34,311 nucleotides of DNA from a virus. Lineage: Duplodnaviria; Caudoviricetes. Made by a program: the position numbers and the translations under genes. Below, one piece after another: positions 10,152 to 18,954 of this stretch. A model generated the notes under the pieces. It searched no databases and was not told the origin of the DNA. It was given only the letters and a program-made list of their open reading frames with translations. How positions within the stretch are numbered: the first letter of the stretch is position 1; every line of letters begins with the position of its first letter. Location of the stretch: positions 1-34,311 of IMG/VR virus record IMGVR_UViG_3300046170_000303; one strand, given 5' to 3'.

Positions 10152-10895
10152 ATGGGTAAAGGTGGCGGCGGCGGCGGTTCACAGACTGTAAATACTCAGG
10201 TTGAACCACCAGCATATGCAAAACCATTTCTTGAATATGGGCTTGCGCAAGCAAAAGATCAGTATAACAGCACAATGCCTGATTACTATCCTGACAGCAC
10301 AGTTGTCGGTTTTGCACCTGAATCTGAAATGGCTCTCAACAGCATACGCGATCAGGCGCTTGATCCAACAGGCATGTCGCAGACTGCGCAGAATGTTGTT
10401 CAGCAAAATTTGATGGGTACAAACCCGCTAATGTCGGCGGCATTTGCACCGGTCATCAATCAGGTGCAAAGTCAATTTGCAAAAGCCGGTCGTTATGGCT
10501 CTGGCGCAAATCAGCAAGCACTTGCAAGCGCACTTGCACCAGCCGCTTTGCAGGCACAGCAAAACGCTATCTCACAAGCACCGCAATTTGCAAACCTGAC
10601 AGCACAACAGCTTGCAGGCGTTGGAAGCGCGAGAGAGGCACAAGCCGAAGCTGAACTGCAAGACAATATTAATCGGTTTAACTACGACCAGAACATCGAT
10701 CAACAAAAGCTACAGCAATATATGTCGCTGGTTGGTGGCGGTACGGTTGGAAGCAACACAATCAATCCGGTCAGCCGCAACCCAATGGCTACGGCTTTGG
10801 GCGGTGCTGGTGCAGGCGCACAGCTTGGAAGTCTTGCCGGTTTTAATCCGATGTATGGTGCGGCGGCAGGCGGCATTTTAGGTCTATTAGGCTAG
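10152..10895 (+). CDS. Ejection (DNA-transfer) protein 1
   Basis: Start MGKGGGGGGSQ; Q/A-rich; Gly-rich hydrophobic C-terminus. Confidence 0.65.
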   Translation: MGKGGGGGGSQTVNTQVEPPAYAKPFLEYGLAQAKDQYNSTMPDYYPDSTVVGFAPESEMALNSIRDQALDPTGMSQTAQNVVQQNLMGTNPLMSAAFAPVINQVQSQFAKAGRYGSGANQQALASALAPAALQAQQNAISQAPQFANLTAQQLAGVGSAREAQAEAELQDNINRFNYDQNIDQQKLQQYMSLVGGGTVGSNTINPVSRNPMATALGGAGAGAQLGSLAGFNPMYGAAAGGILGLLG

Positions 10896-10905
10896 AGGAA
10901 ACACG

Positions 10906-12156
10906 ATGGCTTCAATATTTGATTTCATAGGCGTTGACCCACGTTCAATGCAACAGGCACCGCGTCCTGTGACTGCGGCTATTGCACCGACAATGTATGA
11001 TGACGCTATCATGCGGCGCACGCGTTCGCCATTGCCGCGCCAGATGCAAGCCAGCATGCCTATGCCAACAGTTTTGCCGCAATCAAAGCCAGCAATGATG
11101 CCATCGCCTTATGATGATGCAGTCATGCGTCAGGCACGCAATCCGGCACCAACATTGTTGCAGGCCGCACCACAGCCACAGGCTGAACAGCCAGCCGCAA
11201 CACCGGCAGAGACAGGCGTCTTTGGTGGCCTACTTGGCACAAGCTTTAACGATCCGCGCACGCAGGGGATTCTTGCGGCAAGCGCTTCACTGCTTGAGTC
11301 TGGTGGCAATCGCACCGGCGCACCAGTTGGCATCGGTCAGGCTTTGGGGCGTGCATTAACGGCTGGAACGGCTGGTTATTCTGGCGCGCAGTCAGCCGAA
11401 GCGGCGCGCAAAGATGCAGAAATTAATCAGCAATATAAGCTAGCTCAAGCAAAGCAAATGGAGTCATCTGCAACCCGCCCAATCCTGACAGACTTGGGCA
11501 ATGGCGCATTTACCCGCGTGACTGATCCGGTTACAGGCGAAAGCAAAATCGTCGAAAACGAAGATGTCAAAAACTATCTTGCAGAGCAAGCGGCGCTGAA
11601 GGCTAAGTCTAAAAATATTAATGTACTAAAAATCACTGATGCACAAAAAGCCGCAGATAAAGATTTCGCAAAAGATTACAACGAATTTATCGTACAGGGC
11701 GGTTTAGCAGACATAAATAAAGGTCTTACACAGCTTGAAGAAGCTGTTGAAATTCTAGAAACCGAAGGCGGCACAGGTTTCATTGAAGCTGGTCTGATGC
11801 CGGATTGGGCGCAGGCCGTGACAAATAAAAGCGGGTTGCGTGCTAAAGAACTTGTCACAGAAGTTGTTCAAAGAAACTTGCGGTTGGTATTGGGCGCACA
11901 ATTCACAGAAAAAGAAGGTGAGCGTCTAATTAACAGAGCGTTCAACCCATCACTTTCAGAAGAAGAAAACATAAGAAGAATTAAGCGTCTTGGTAAATCA
12001 ATTTATGAAGCTAAAAACGCTAAACTAGCGGCGGCGCGTCATTATGAGCAATTTGGCACTTTGTCAAACTTCAAAGGCGCATCATCGTTGTCAGCCAAAG
12101 ATATTGAGGCTGGCGCTGGCCTTTTAGATAACTATGATTTTGAAGTGGTGGATTAA
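10906..12156 (+). CDS. Ejection (DNA-transfer) protein 2
   Basis: 416 aa, P/Q/A-rich N-terminus, helical C-terminus; RBS GAGGA; second in the ejection gene trio. Confidence 0.6.
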   Translation: MASIFDFIGVDPRSMQQAPRPVTAAIAPTMYDDAIMRRTRSPLPRQMQASMPMPTVLPQSKPAMMPSPYDDAVMRQARNPAPTLLQAAPQPQAEQPAATPAETGVFGGLLGTSFNDPRTQGILAASASLLESGGNRTGAPVGIGQALGRALTAGTAGYSGAQSAEAARKDAEINQQYKLAQAKQMESSATRPILTDLGNGAFTRVTDPVTGESKIVENEDVKNYLAEQAALKAKSKNINVLKITDAQKAADKDFAKDYNEFIVQGGLADINKGLTQLEEAVEILETEGGTGFIEAGLMPDWAQAVTNKSGLRAKELVTEVVQRNLRLVLGAQFTEKEGERLINRAFNPSLSEEENIRRIKRLGKSIYEAKNAKLAAARHYEQFGTLSNFKGASSLSAKDIEAGAGLLDNYDFEVVD

Positions 12157-12159
12157 GAT

Positions 12160-14163
12160 TTGGCACAGATAAAAATTAAAGGCGTTGGCACGTTCGATGC
12201 ACCAGACGGTTTTGCTGATCTTTCAAAAAAAGACCAGCAAGCCATTGTGAATCAAATGGTTCAAGATTCAAAAAATGCTGAAATAAATCAAGAGCGCGGC
12301 ACAGGTCTAAAAGACGTTGCTCGATTTGGTCTTGGGCAGGGCTTGGCGTTGGGCTTTGGCGATGAAATAGAAGCAGGCGTCACTAGCTTGTTTGGCGATG
12401 AAACCTATGACGAAGCCGTTGGTCGCATTCGTGCCGATATGGATGATTACCGCAGAGACAATGCGGGTAAAGCGCTGGCTATGGAATTAGGCGGTGGCTT
12501 GCTAACTGGTGGCTATGGCGCTGGTCGTGCCGCACTAGCGGCAGGCGCAAGAGGCGCAATCAAAGCCGGTGCAAAAGCTGGTGCAGGCGTTGGCGGTGTT
12601 GCTGGATTTGGTAGCGGTGAAGGTCTTGAAGATAGTCTGACAGGCGCGGCGATTGGTGCCGGTGCAGGCGGCGCTCTTGGTGCGGCATTACCGGCGGCTG
12701 GCAATCTAGCTAAAAGCACAGTCAATCGTGTGCGTTCGGCTACTGATATGATTTCAGATAAAGGCGCGCAAAAAGCATCTGACTTAAAGATTTTGCAGGC
12801 GATGGAAGCTGAAGGCATGTCACCGACGCAGGCTTACAGAAAGCTGGCACAGGCAAAGCGTGACGGCGTTGAAGATACTATGCTGGTCGATGTTATGAAC
12901 GAATCTGGCAGAGGTTTAGCACAGGGCGCAAACACCGTATCAACAAAAGCCAGAACCATTGCTGAAGAAGCTTTGGATAATCGCCAGATGAAAAGCGGCA
13001 AACAGATTGCAGACGATCTTGCTGACAATGTTGTATCAGGTAAAACCGCCGAAGAAGTTTTCGATGGTCTTGTTCAGCAAAACAAAACAATGTCGAAGCC
13101 TGCGTATGATAAAGCCTATATGGCTGAAGATGGCACAGAGCGTTTAGTGCAAAGCGATGCGGTCGAAAGGTATCTAAAGTCTGATGATTTTGCAGATGCG
13201 TTTCAGCGTGGCAAGCGGCTTTTTGAACGTGAGCGTCTTACAGATGACAGTTTGGCAGATGTAAATTTTTCGAATTTATTTGTTAAAAACAAAGATGGAA
13301 ATCTGGTTCGTTCTGATGCCATTCCGACAGTTCGCCAGCTTGATTATATAAAGCGCGGCTTGGATGACAAAGTTGGCACAGCATTTCAAAGTGGCATTGG
13401 CGGTCAAGAGAAAAAAGCATTGACTGACATAATCAGAAACTTTCGCGATGCAATCGATGATGAAGTGCCTGCATACGCACAAGCGCGCAAGCAGTTTGGT
13501 GATCGTCAAAGCGTATTTGATGCTGTCGAAAAAGGCCGCAAAATATTCAGCACAAAAGAAGAATTTAGCGTTCCATCGCTACGCCGCGCTGTTAAAGATA
13601 TGAACGAAACAGAAAAAGATGCGTTTCGTGCTGGCGTTGCTGAAGCAGTCAAAAACAAAGGCACAAAATCAGATGATCTTAAAAACAATGCAAAGTTTTT
13701 GTTTGGAAATGAAGATTATCGTAATTTGCTAAAGCTGACATTTGACACAAACACAGAAGCCGGTGCAAAGGCTTGGCAAGCGTTCTCAAGCCGGATGGAA
13801 CAGCGAATGAATCAGGCTGTTACGCGGGCAAGAACAAAGCCATCAGCCGGTAGCCGCACGCCTGTTATGACTGAAGATGGGCGTGACATACAGCGCGACG
13901 CTGGTTTGCTTATGAACTTACTTTCAGGAAATATAAGCGGTGTTTCTAGCGATCTAGTAACGCGCGGCGGTGGCTTAGGCAAGCGCATTGGCACTAATGT
14001 ATCCGGTGATTTGTTTGATACAAATCTGGCATCGCAAAAAGAAACATTGCGGCGGCTAAACCAGCTTCGTGCAAGTGAAAAAGCTCGCTTGGAGCGTTCA
14101 GGAATAACAGCATCAAAATTGGGTGGCGGCATTGGTGCCAGCACCGGCCTACTAACGAATTGA
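12160..14163 (+). CDS. Ejection (DNA-transfer) protein 3
   Basis: 667 aa, GQGLALGFGDEIEAG motif, Gly/Ala-rich membrane-interacting segment, long helical body; TTG start. Confidence 0.65.
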   Translation: MAQIKIKGVGTFDAPDGFADLSKKDQQAIVNQMVQDSKNAEINQERGTGLKDVARFGLGQGLALGFGDEIEAGVTSLFGDETYDEAVGRIRADMDDYRRDNAGKALAMELGGGLLTGGYGAGRAALAAGARGAIKAGAKAGAGVGGVAGFGSGEGLEDSLTGAAIGAGAGGALGAALPAAGNLAKSTVNRVRSATDMISDKGAQKASDLKILQAMEAEGMSPTQAYRKLAQAKRDGVEDTMLVDVMNESGRGLAQGANTVSTKARTIAEEALDNRQMKSGKQIADDLADNVVSGKTAEEVFDGLVQQNKTMSKPAYDKAYMAEDGTERLVQSDAVERYLKSDDFADAFQRGKRLFERERLTDDSLADVNFSNLFVKNKDGNLVRSDAIPTVRQLDYIKRGLDDKVGTAFQSGIGGQEKKALTDIIRNFRDAIDDEVPAYAQARKQFGDRQSVFDAVEKGRKIFSTKEEFSVPSLRRAVKDMNETEKDAFRAGVAEAVKNKGTKSDDLKNNAKFLFGNEDYRNLLKLTFDTNTEAGAKAWQAFSSRMEQRMNQAVTRARTKPSAGSRTPVMTEDGRDIQRDAGLLMNLLSGNISGVSSDLVTRGGGLGKRIGTNVSGDLFDTNLASQKETLRRLNQLRASEKARLERSGITASKLGGGIGASTGLLTN

Positions 14164-14170
14164 GGTAAGC

Positions 14171-15178
14171 ATGTCAAAGACAGCAATTTCACAATATAGC
14201 GCGACGCCAAGTTCAAATTCGGATGTTGACGGCATTGACATTTCGGAAGGTTGCCCCGCATCAAATTTGAATAATGCACAGCGTTCGCTGATGAGTCACC
14301 TTAAAGAAATGGACGACGGCACAAGTGCTTTGACCAGCCCATCGATGGGTCAGCTAAATGTCGATAATCTGCGGCTAGACGGCAACACGATTTCGTCCAC
14401 AGATACGAATGGCAACGTCACGATTGATCCCGATGGGACTGGCGACACTATTATTGCGTCAGGCAACGTGGGCATCGGGAGTTCGCCAGACACAAATCTT
14501 GATGTGGAAAGAAGCAGCAACGACACTGGCGGCATTAAGGTTCAAAACACCAATAACGCACAGGCTAGTGCTGTTGCACAGGTTGAGATTTCTGGCGGTG
14601 ATAATGCGTATGCAAATCTTTTGCTAGAATGTAACGCTACAAATCACTCAATCCGGCAGGATGGTTCTGGCAATCTGAAGTTTATAAACGCCTCTACAGA
14701 ACGCCTCCGCATCGACAGCGGTGGTGACGTTAAGGTTTTAAACTCAGGAAGACTTGTAAGTGAAGCTGGCATTTTTCTGGGCGGCACTAGTTCAGCGAAC
14801 CTTCTGGATGATTATGAGGAGGGGACTTGGACGCCTACTGATATTAGTGGTGCGAGTTTGTCGTTTACTTCTGTAAATGCAACTTATGTAAAAATTGGAA
14901 AGACAGTTTTTGTTGCAGGAAGGCTTACATACCCATCAACAGCAAACACAAATCAAGCAAGAATAGCGGGGTTTCCTTTTACATCAGAAAACACTTCACC
15001 GGGAATTGAGTATCCTATACCTATGACCGTTGCAACATCTACAACTGCTGGTGTTGCGATTGTTCTGGGTGTAAATAACACTGCCGCGTATATAAGAACA
15101 AGAGACCATTCTGTTCCAACTAATGCTAGTATGTCAGGAAATACTTTAATATTTTCCGGTTCGTATAACACAACATAA
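14171..15178 (+). CDS. Tail fibre protein 1
   Basis: GNVGIG, ERLRIDSGG and LDDYEEGTWTP..Y.KIG motifs typical of marine phage fibres; RBS GAGG. Confidence 0.8.
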   Translation: MSKTAISQYSATPSSNSDVDGIDISEGCPASNLNNAQRSLMSHLKEMDDGTSALTSPSMGQLNVDNLRLDGNTISSTDTNGNVTIDPDGTGDTIIASGNVGIGSSPDTNLDVERSSNDTGGIKVQNTNNAQASAVAQVEISGGDNAYANLLLECNATNHSIRQDGSGNLKFINASTERLRIDSGGDVKVLNSGRLVSEAGIFLGGTSSANLLDDYEEGTWTPTDISGASLSFTSVNATYVKIGKTVFVAGRLTYPSTANTNQARIAGFPFTSENTSPGIEYPIPMTVATSTTAGVAIVLGVNNTAAYIRTRDHSVPTNASMSGNTLIFSGSYNTT

Positions 15179-15223
15179 CCTGATTGGATTATCAGGTAGT
15201 CAGTCCAGCCAAAGGAGATAAAA

Positions 15224-15502
15224 ATGGCACTAACAGAAGAAACACAAGAAGATAAAATAGAAGTTGTAGGTGACTACAAGGCTGTGCAAGTACGCACCGC
15301 AACCGTCATCAAGCGTGATGGCGAAGAAATCAGCCGCAACTTTCACCGACACGTGTTGCACCCAAGCAAAAAAACAGATGGCACTTGGGGCGATACAGAC
15401 ATTTCTGGCGAGTCAACAGAAGTTCAAGCTATCTGCAACGCTGTGTGGACAGACGCAGTTAAGACTGCTTATCAAACAGCGATGGATGCACAGGAGATAT
15501 AA
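15224..15502 (+). CDS. Tail fibre-associated small protein
   Basis: DKIEVVGDYKAVQVRTATVIKRDGEEISR.FHR, VQAICNAVWT; RBS AAGGAG. Confidence 0.7.
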   Translation: MALTEETQEDKIEVVGDYKAVQVRTATVIKRDGEEISRNFHRHVLHPSKKTDGTWGDTDISGESTEVQAICNAVWTDAVKTAYQTAMDAQEI

Positions 15503-15847
15503 ATGGCAACCTATACTTGGGATTTCCCACAAATTGATACAGCACCATCCGAAGGTGACTTGTCTGACGTGGCAAAGTCAATCCATTGGCGTATGACAGC
15601 TACACACGATACAGCTACTAATGACGAAGGCGCACCGCTTTCTGTTTCTGCATATGGCAGTGCTGGTGTTGGGGAAGCTAATGCTGACAGCTTCACAGCC
15701 TTTGACAGTCTTACTAAGGACTGGTGCAAAGAGAAGGTGCTTGCCAGCTTGGACAAGACTGAGGCCGAACTACAGGCTGTTCTTGATGAGCAAATGCAGA
15801 ACCTTATCACACCGCCCATCGTGGGCAAAACGCCTTCTGGCTGGTAG
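15503..15847 (+). CDS. Tail fibre-associated small protein
   Basis: MATYTW..., IHWR, FTAFDSLT...W; TAAATG coupling. Confidence 0.7.
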   Translation: MATYTWDFPQIDTAPSEGDLSDVAKSIHWRMTATHDTATNDEGAPLSVSAYGSAGVGEANADSFTAFDSLTKDWCKEKVLASLDKTEAELQAVLDEQMQNLITPPIVGKTPSGW

Positions 15848-15889
15848 GTAATTATGAACGAGTCGATCACAGCGTTGGAGACTAAATAG

Positions 15890-17455
15890 ATGGCTAAGGA
15901 CAAAATCGCAGACTATGACGGCTCCACAGCCGGAAACAACACCGACATCGGCGGCATTTCGATAGCCGAAGGAATGTTGCCCAGTGCTGTCAATAACTCT
16001 ATGCGGGAATTGACAAAGCAGTTAGGTGCCTTCGCCAACGGCACTGACGCGATTGATGGGCTGACTGTTGATGGCGCAATCAAGCTGGACGGCAACCACC
16101 CTGTTGGAACAGGCAATGTGGCGTTGGGTGATACTGCGCTTGACAGCAATGTGGCTGGGGTGGCTAACACGGCTATTGGTGCAGATGCTCTTACTGCTAA
16201 CACAGCATCCAACAACACGGCAGTGGGATATCAGGCTGGGTATAACAATACCACCGCACAGAGCAACACGGCTATTGGTAGAACTGCTATGTTCACTAAT
16301 ACAACTGGCGAAGATAATGTGGCTGTTGGTCAAGATGCCCTGTATTATAATACTAGTGGCAGTAGTCACACCGCAGTAGGTAAAAACGCACTCCTCTCTA
16401 ACACCACAGGGGCAAACAGCGTTGCTATTGGTCACGCCGCACTGGACGCAAACACTACTGGGAACAACAATACGGCGGTCGGTAAAAATGCTCTAGGGGC
16501 AAATACCATAGGGGAGCAAAACACTGCAGTTGGTTTGTCTGCTTTGCAGAATAATGTTTCAGCCAGTCACACTGTGGCTGTTGGTAAGTCTGCGCTACAC
16601 AACAACACTACTGGCAGTTATAATACAGCAATAGGTGGGCAAAATACTGCTGGATTTTCTCCTCTTTATACTAATACCACAGGACAATACAATGTTGCTA
16701 TTGGTTCAGCGGCACTAGCATCCAATACCACCGCATCTAACAACACCGCTGTTGGTTATCAGGCTGGGTATAACAATACAACGGGTCTTCAAAATGTTTT
16801 TGTTGGTAGAGCCGCGGCAAAAAATAGTACTACAGGAACTTACTTAACTGCTGTTGGCGATGCCGCTTTGGAACTTAACACGACAGGTATTCTTAATACT
16901 GCTGTTGGTCTAGCGTCTGGAAGATTAATTACAACAGGCTCTAAAAATAGTATTTTGGGAGCCTACACCGGCAATCAGGGTGGCCTAGACATCCGCACAT
17001 CCAGCAACAACATCGTGCTGTCAGATGGCGATGGTAATCCTAGATTGTGGATGAATGGCAGTGGTTTGCTACACAGCCCCCCAACCGCCTCTAGCACCAC
17101 TGGTGCTGGCGCAAACTGTTATGTTGATGCAACAAGTGGTCAATTTGCTAGGTCAACATCATCACTGCGTTATAAAAACACAATTAATGATGCCACACAC
17201 GGCCTGACAGAACTACTTGCACTGCGTCCTGTAACCTATAAAGGCAACAACGATGGTGATACAGTATTTGGTGGCTTGATTGCTGAAGAAGTCCACGATG
17301 CTGGGCTAACAGAGTTTGTCGCTTACAACGATGAAGGCCAGCCAGACGCATTGGCCTACGGCAATATGGTGTCGCTGTGCATCAAAGCAATTCAGGAACA
17401 GCAAGAAACAATCACAGCACTAGAGGCTCGTATAGCCACACTTGAAGGAGTATAA
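15890..17455 (+). CDS. Tail fibre/spike 2 with YadA-head-like repeats and C-terminal intramolecular chaperone (peptidase S74-like)
   Basis: Many NTA(V/I)GxxAL..NTTG 17-aa repeats; S-SLRYK cleavage-type motif, LRPVTY, GLIAEEV, IKAIQEQQ coil. Confidence 0.85.
   Translation: MAKDKIADYDGSTAGNNTDIGGISIAEGMLPSAVNNSMRELTKQLGAFANGTDAIDGLTVDGAIKLDGNHPVGTGNVALGDTALDSNVAGVANTAIGADALTANTASNNTAVGYQAGYNNTTAQSNTAIGRTAMFTNTTGEDNVAVGQDALYYNTSGSSHTAVGKNALLSNTTGANSVAIGHAALDANTTGNNNTAVGKNALGANTIGEQNTAVGLSALQNNVSASHTVAVGKSALHNNTTGSYNTAIGGQNTAGFSPLYTNTTGQYNVAIGSAALASNTTASNNTAVGYQAGYNNTTGLQNVFVGRAAAKNSTTGTYLTAVGDAALELNTTGILNTAVGLASGRLITTGSKNSILGAYTGNQGGLDIRTSSNNIVLSDGDGNPRLWMNGSGLLHSPPTASSTTGAGANCYVDATSGQFARSTSSLRYKNTINDATHGLTELLALRPVTYKGNNDGDTVFGGLIAEEVHDAGLTEFVAYNDEGQPDALAYGNMVSLCIKAIQEQQETITALEARIATLEGV
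16229..16779 (+). repeat. 23-bp exact direct repeat within tail fibre 2 (16229-16251 and 16757-16779)
   Basis: TATCAGGCTGGGTATAACAATAC occurs twice, within the duplicated peptide ASNNTAVGYQAGYNNTT. Confidence 0.9.
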
Positions 17456-17456
17456 A

Positions 17457-17699
17457 ATGGACGAACTTACAACAGAACAAATCGCACAGCATTACACAGC
17501 TATGGGTCACAGTGTTGACCTTATCAATGCTATTATTGCTGGTGAGGCAATGGCAGACGATGATGCCGCAGAAAAGCAGGACTGTGTGAACAGGAATGTT
17601 GAGCATCTGGAGATTATGGTAGCCAAAGACTTCTGGACTTCAGAGGATATGACAGCAGTAAATGCCGCTATCACGGCTGGTAACGCTTACGAGGCTTAA
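17457..17699 (+). CDS. Tail fibre-associated acidic protein
   Basis: Start MDELTTEQIAQHY after AGGAG; RNVEHLEIM..KDFWT motif. Confidence 0.7.
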   Translation: MDELTTEQIAQHYTAMGHSVDLINAIIAGEAMADDDAAEKQDCVNRNVEHLEIMVAKDFWTSEDMTAVNAAITAGNAYEA

Positions 17700-17768
17700 A
17701 TGAACGATGCCGACATCGACTACGCCGCGTCATTGCATCTTGCTAAAGCTATGGAAAGACTGACATGA
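17700..17768 (+). CDS. Possible 22-aa micro-ORF
   Basis: MNDADIDYAASLHLAKAMERLT; TAAATG junction upstream and ATGA overlap downstream. Confidence 0.35.
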   Translation: MNDADIDYAASLHLAKAMERLT

Positions 17769-17839
17769 TACCTTTGTCAATCATCGACGCAATAACCATA
17801 ACGCTGTTGATCGTCGTCATAATCCAAAACAGAAAATAA
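17765..17839 (+). CDS. Possible 24-aa single-TM micropeptide
   Basis: MIPLSIIDAITITLLIVVIIQNRK; hydrophobic core with basic tail; ATGA overlap. Confidence 0.45.
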   Translation: MIPLSIIDAITITLLIVVIIQNRK

Positions 17840-17845
17840 TCATGA

Positions 17846-18034
17846 ATGACCCACGCTTTTTTATTGTTTGTGTTCATTGGAACGCAAGCAGACAAGAGGC
17901 TTGTCAGCAATGATATGTATTTCAAGTCGCTGAATGATTGCACTTGGTATGCACAAACACTTCACAAGCAGGGGTCGCAGATCACAGCCTATTGTCTGCC
18001 AGCCACGGTTTCACAAGATGTAAAGGTTTATTGA
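17846..18034 (+). CDS. Small membrane-anchored/secreted hypothetical protein
   Basis: Hydrophobic N-terminus, F.SLNDC...AYCLP two-Cys pattern. Confidence 0.6.
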   Translation: MTHAFLLFVFIGTQADKRLVSNDMYFKSLNDCTWYAQTLHKQGSQITAYCLPATVSQDVKVY

Positions 18035-18035
18035 T

Positions 18036-18728
18036 ATGGAACCGATCAGCACTGCATTAGCTGGGATCGCTTTGGTTAAAGGCGCGACAGATGCAATCAA
18101 ATCGGCTATTGGCACCGCAAATGATATTTCAGAAATTGCGGGCTACATAGATCAGCTGTTTGATGGTCAGTCACAGGTCAACAAAGAGCGCAACAAAAAG
18201 TCCGGCGTTGGTGCTATGGACGGCATCGGCGGCGTTGCTTCCGAAATGATTGATGCAAAACTGGCACAAGAAAAAATGTATGAAGTGTCTATGTTGGTCG
18301 ATCTGCGGTTCGGTTCAGGCACTTGGAAATCTATCGTTGAAGAACGCGCCCGCCGCTTGCAGGCACAAAAACAGCATCAAAAGCAGATCGCTATTGAAAA
18401 GGCGGCGCAACGTAAAGAGATTTTTGACGCTCTGACTATGCTGTTTTATTTAATCATGGGCGTGGTTGTTGTTGGGCTAATTGCGTTAGTGGCCTTCAAA
18501 GCATATGCAAGCATCCCCAAAATGACAACATGCCGTTTAGCGGCAATGGAAAAGATTTCCGACAAAGAAGTTTTGTGTGTGTATCAGGGCGCGCAAAACA
18601 CTCAAGAGCAACACACATCTGAAATCTATATCGGGTGCGTAGGTCAATATCAATGCGAATACAACCCGAAGCCGAAAGGCGCAACGCTTAAAGATACGCT
18701 TAACTCAATCCGAAACGCTTTAGATTAA
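18036..18728 (+). CDS. Membrane protein with Cys-rich C-terminal domain
   Basis: Helical N-terminal domain, TM segment MLFYLIMGVVVVGLIALVAF, four Cys in the C-terminal part. Confidence 0.6.
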   Translation: MEPISTALAGIALVKGATDAIKSAIGTANDISEIAGYIDQLFDGQSQVNKERNKKSGVGAMDGIGGVASEMIDAKLAQEKMYEVSMLVDLRFGSGTWKSIVEERARRLQAQKQHQKQIAIEKAAQRKEIFDALTMLFYLIMGVVVVGLIALVAFKAYASIPKMTTCRLAAMEKISDKEVLCVYQGAQNTQEQHTSEIYIGCVGQYQCEYNPKPKGATLKDTLNSIRNALD

Positions 18729-18738
18729 AGGTGCCTGC

Positions 18739-18954
18739 ATGTCAGTGGAACGTGAACTTGGTGAAATGTCGAGCCGTATGCGCACGCTTGAGCGTGAGAT
18801 GGCTGAAACAAAAGACACATTAAAAGAACTTCACACACTTGCTTTGCAGGCGAAAGGCGGCTGGAAAGCATTACTTTTGATCGCAGGCATCGCGGGTGCG
18901 GCTGGGGCGCTTGTTGCTAAGTTTGCTTTTGCTTTAGGTGTTCTGCCAAAATAA
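18739..18954 (+). CDS. Coiled-coil plus TM protein (lysis-associated)
   Basis: N-terminal coiled coil, KGGW then a Gly/Ala-rich TM helix; RBS AAGGTG. Confidence 0.6.
   Translation: MSVERELGEMSSRMRTLEREMAETKDTLKELHTLALQAKGGWKALLLIAGIAGAAGALVAKFAFALGVLPK

Noticed and set aside
10990-11140. Duplicated YDDA(I/V)MR peptide in ejection protein 2
   Set aside because: Short degenerate duplication in a low-complexity region with no supportable function
438-14535. Numerous antisense and alternate-frame ORFs in the supplied track
   Set aside because: They lie wholly within long, motif-bearing structural genes and show no recognisable motifs; treated as shadow ORFs
14171-17455. All tail-fibre region ORFs (14171, 15224, 15503, 15854, 15890) share one reading frame, suggesting stop read-through or a recoded TAG
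   Set aside because: Stops include both TAA and TAG, two in-frame stops follow fibre 1, genes have their own RBS, stop-ATG junctions force the same frame, and genes elsewhere use the standard code
14171-17699. Diversity-generating retroelement or invertase-driven fibre switching
   Set aside because: No reverse transcriptase or serine invertase, no template/variable repeat pair and no inverted fibre cassette seen
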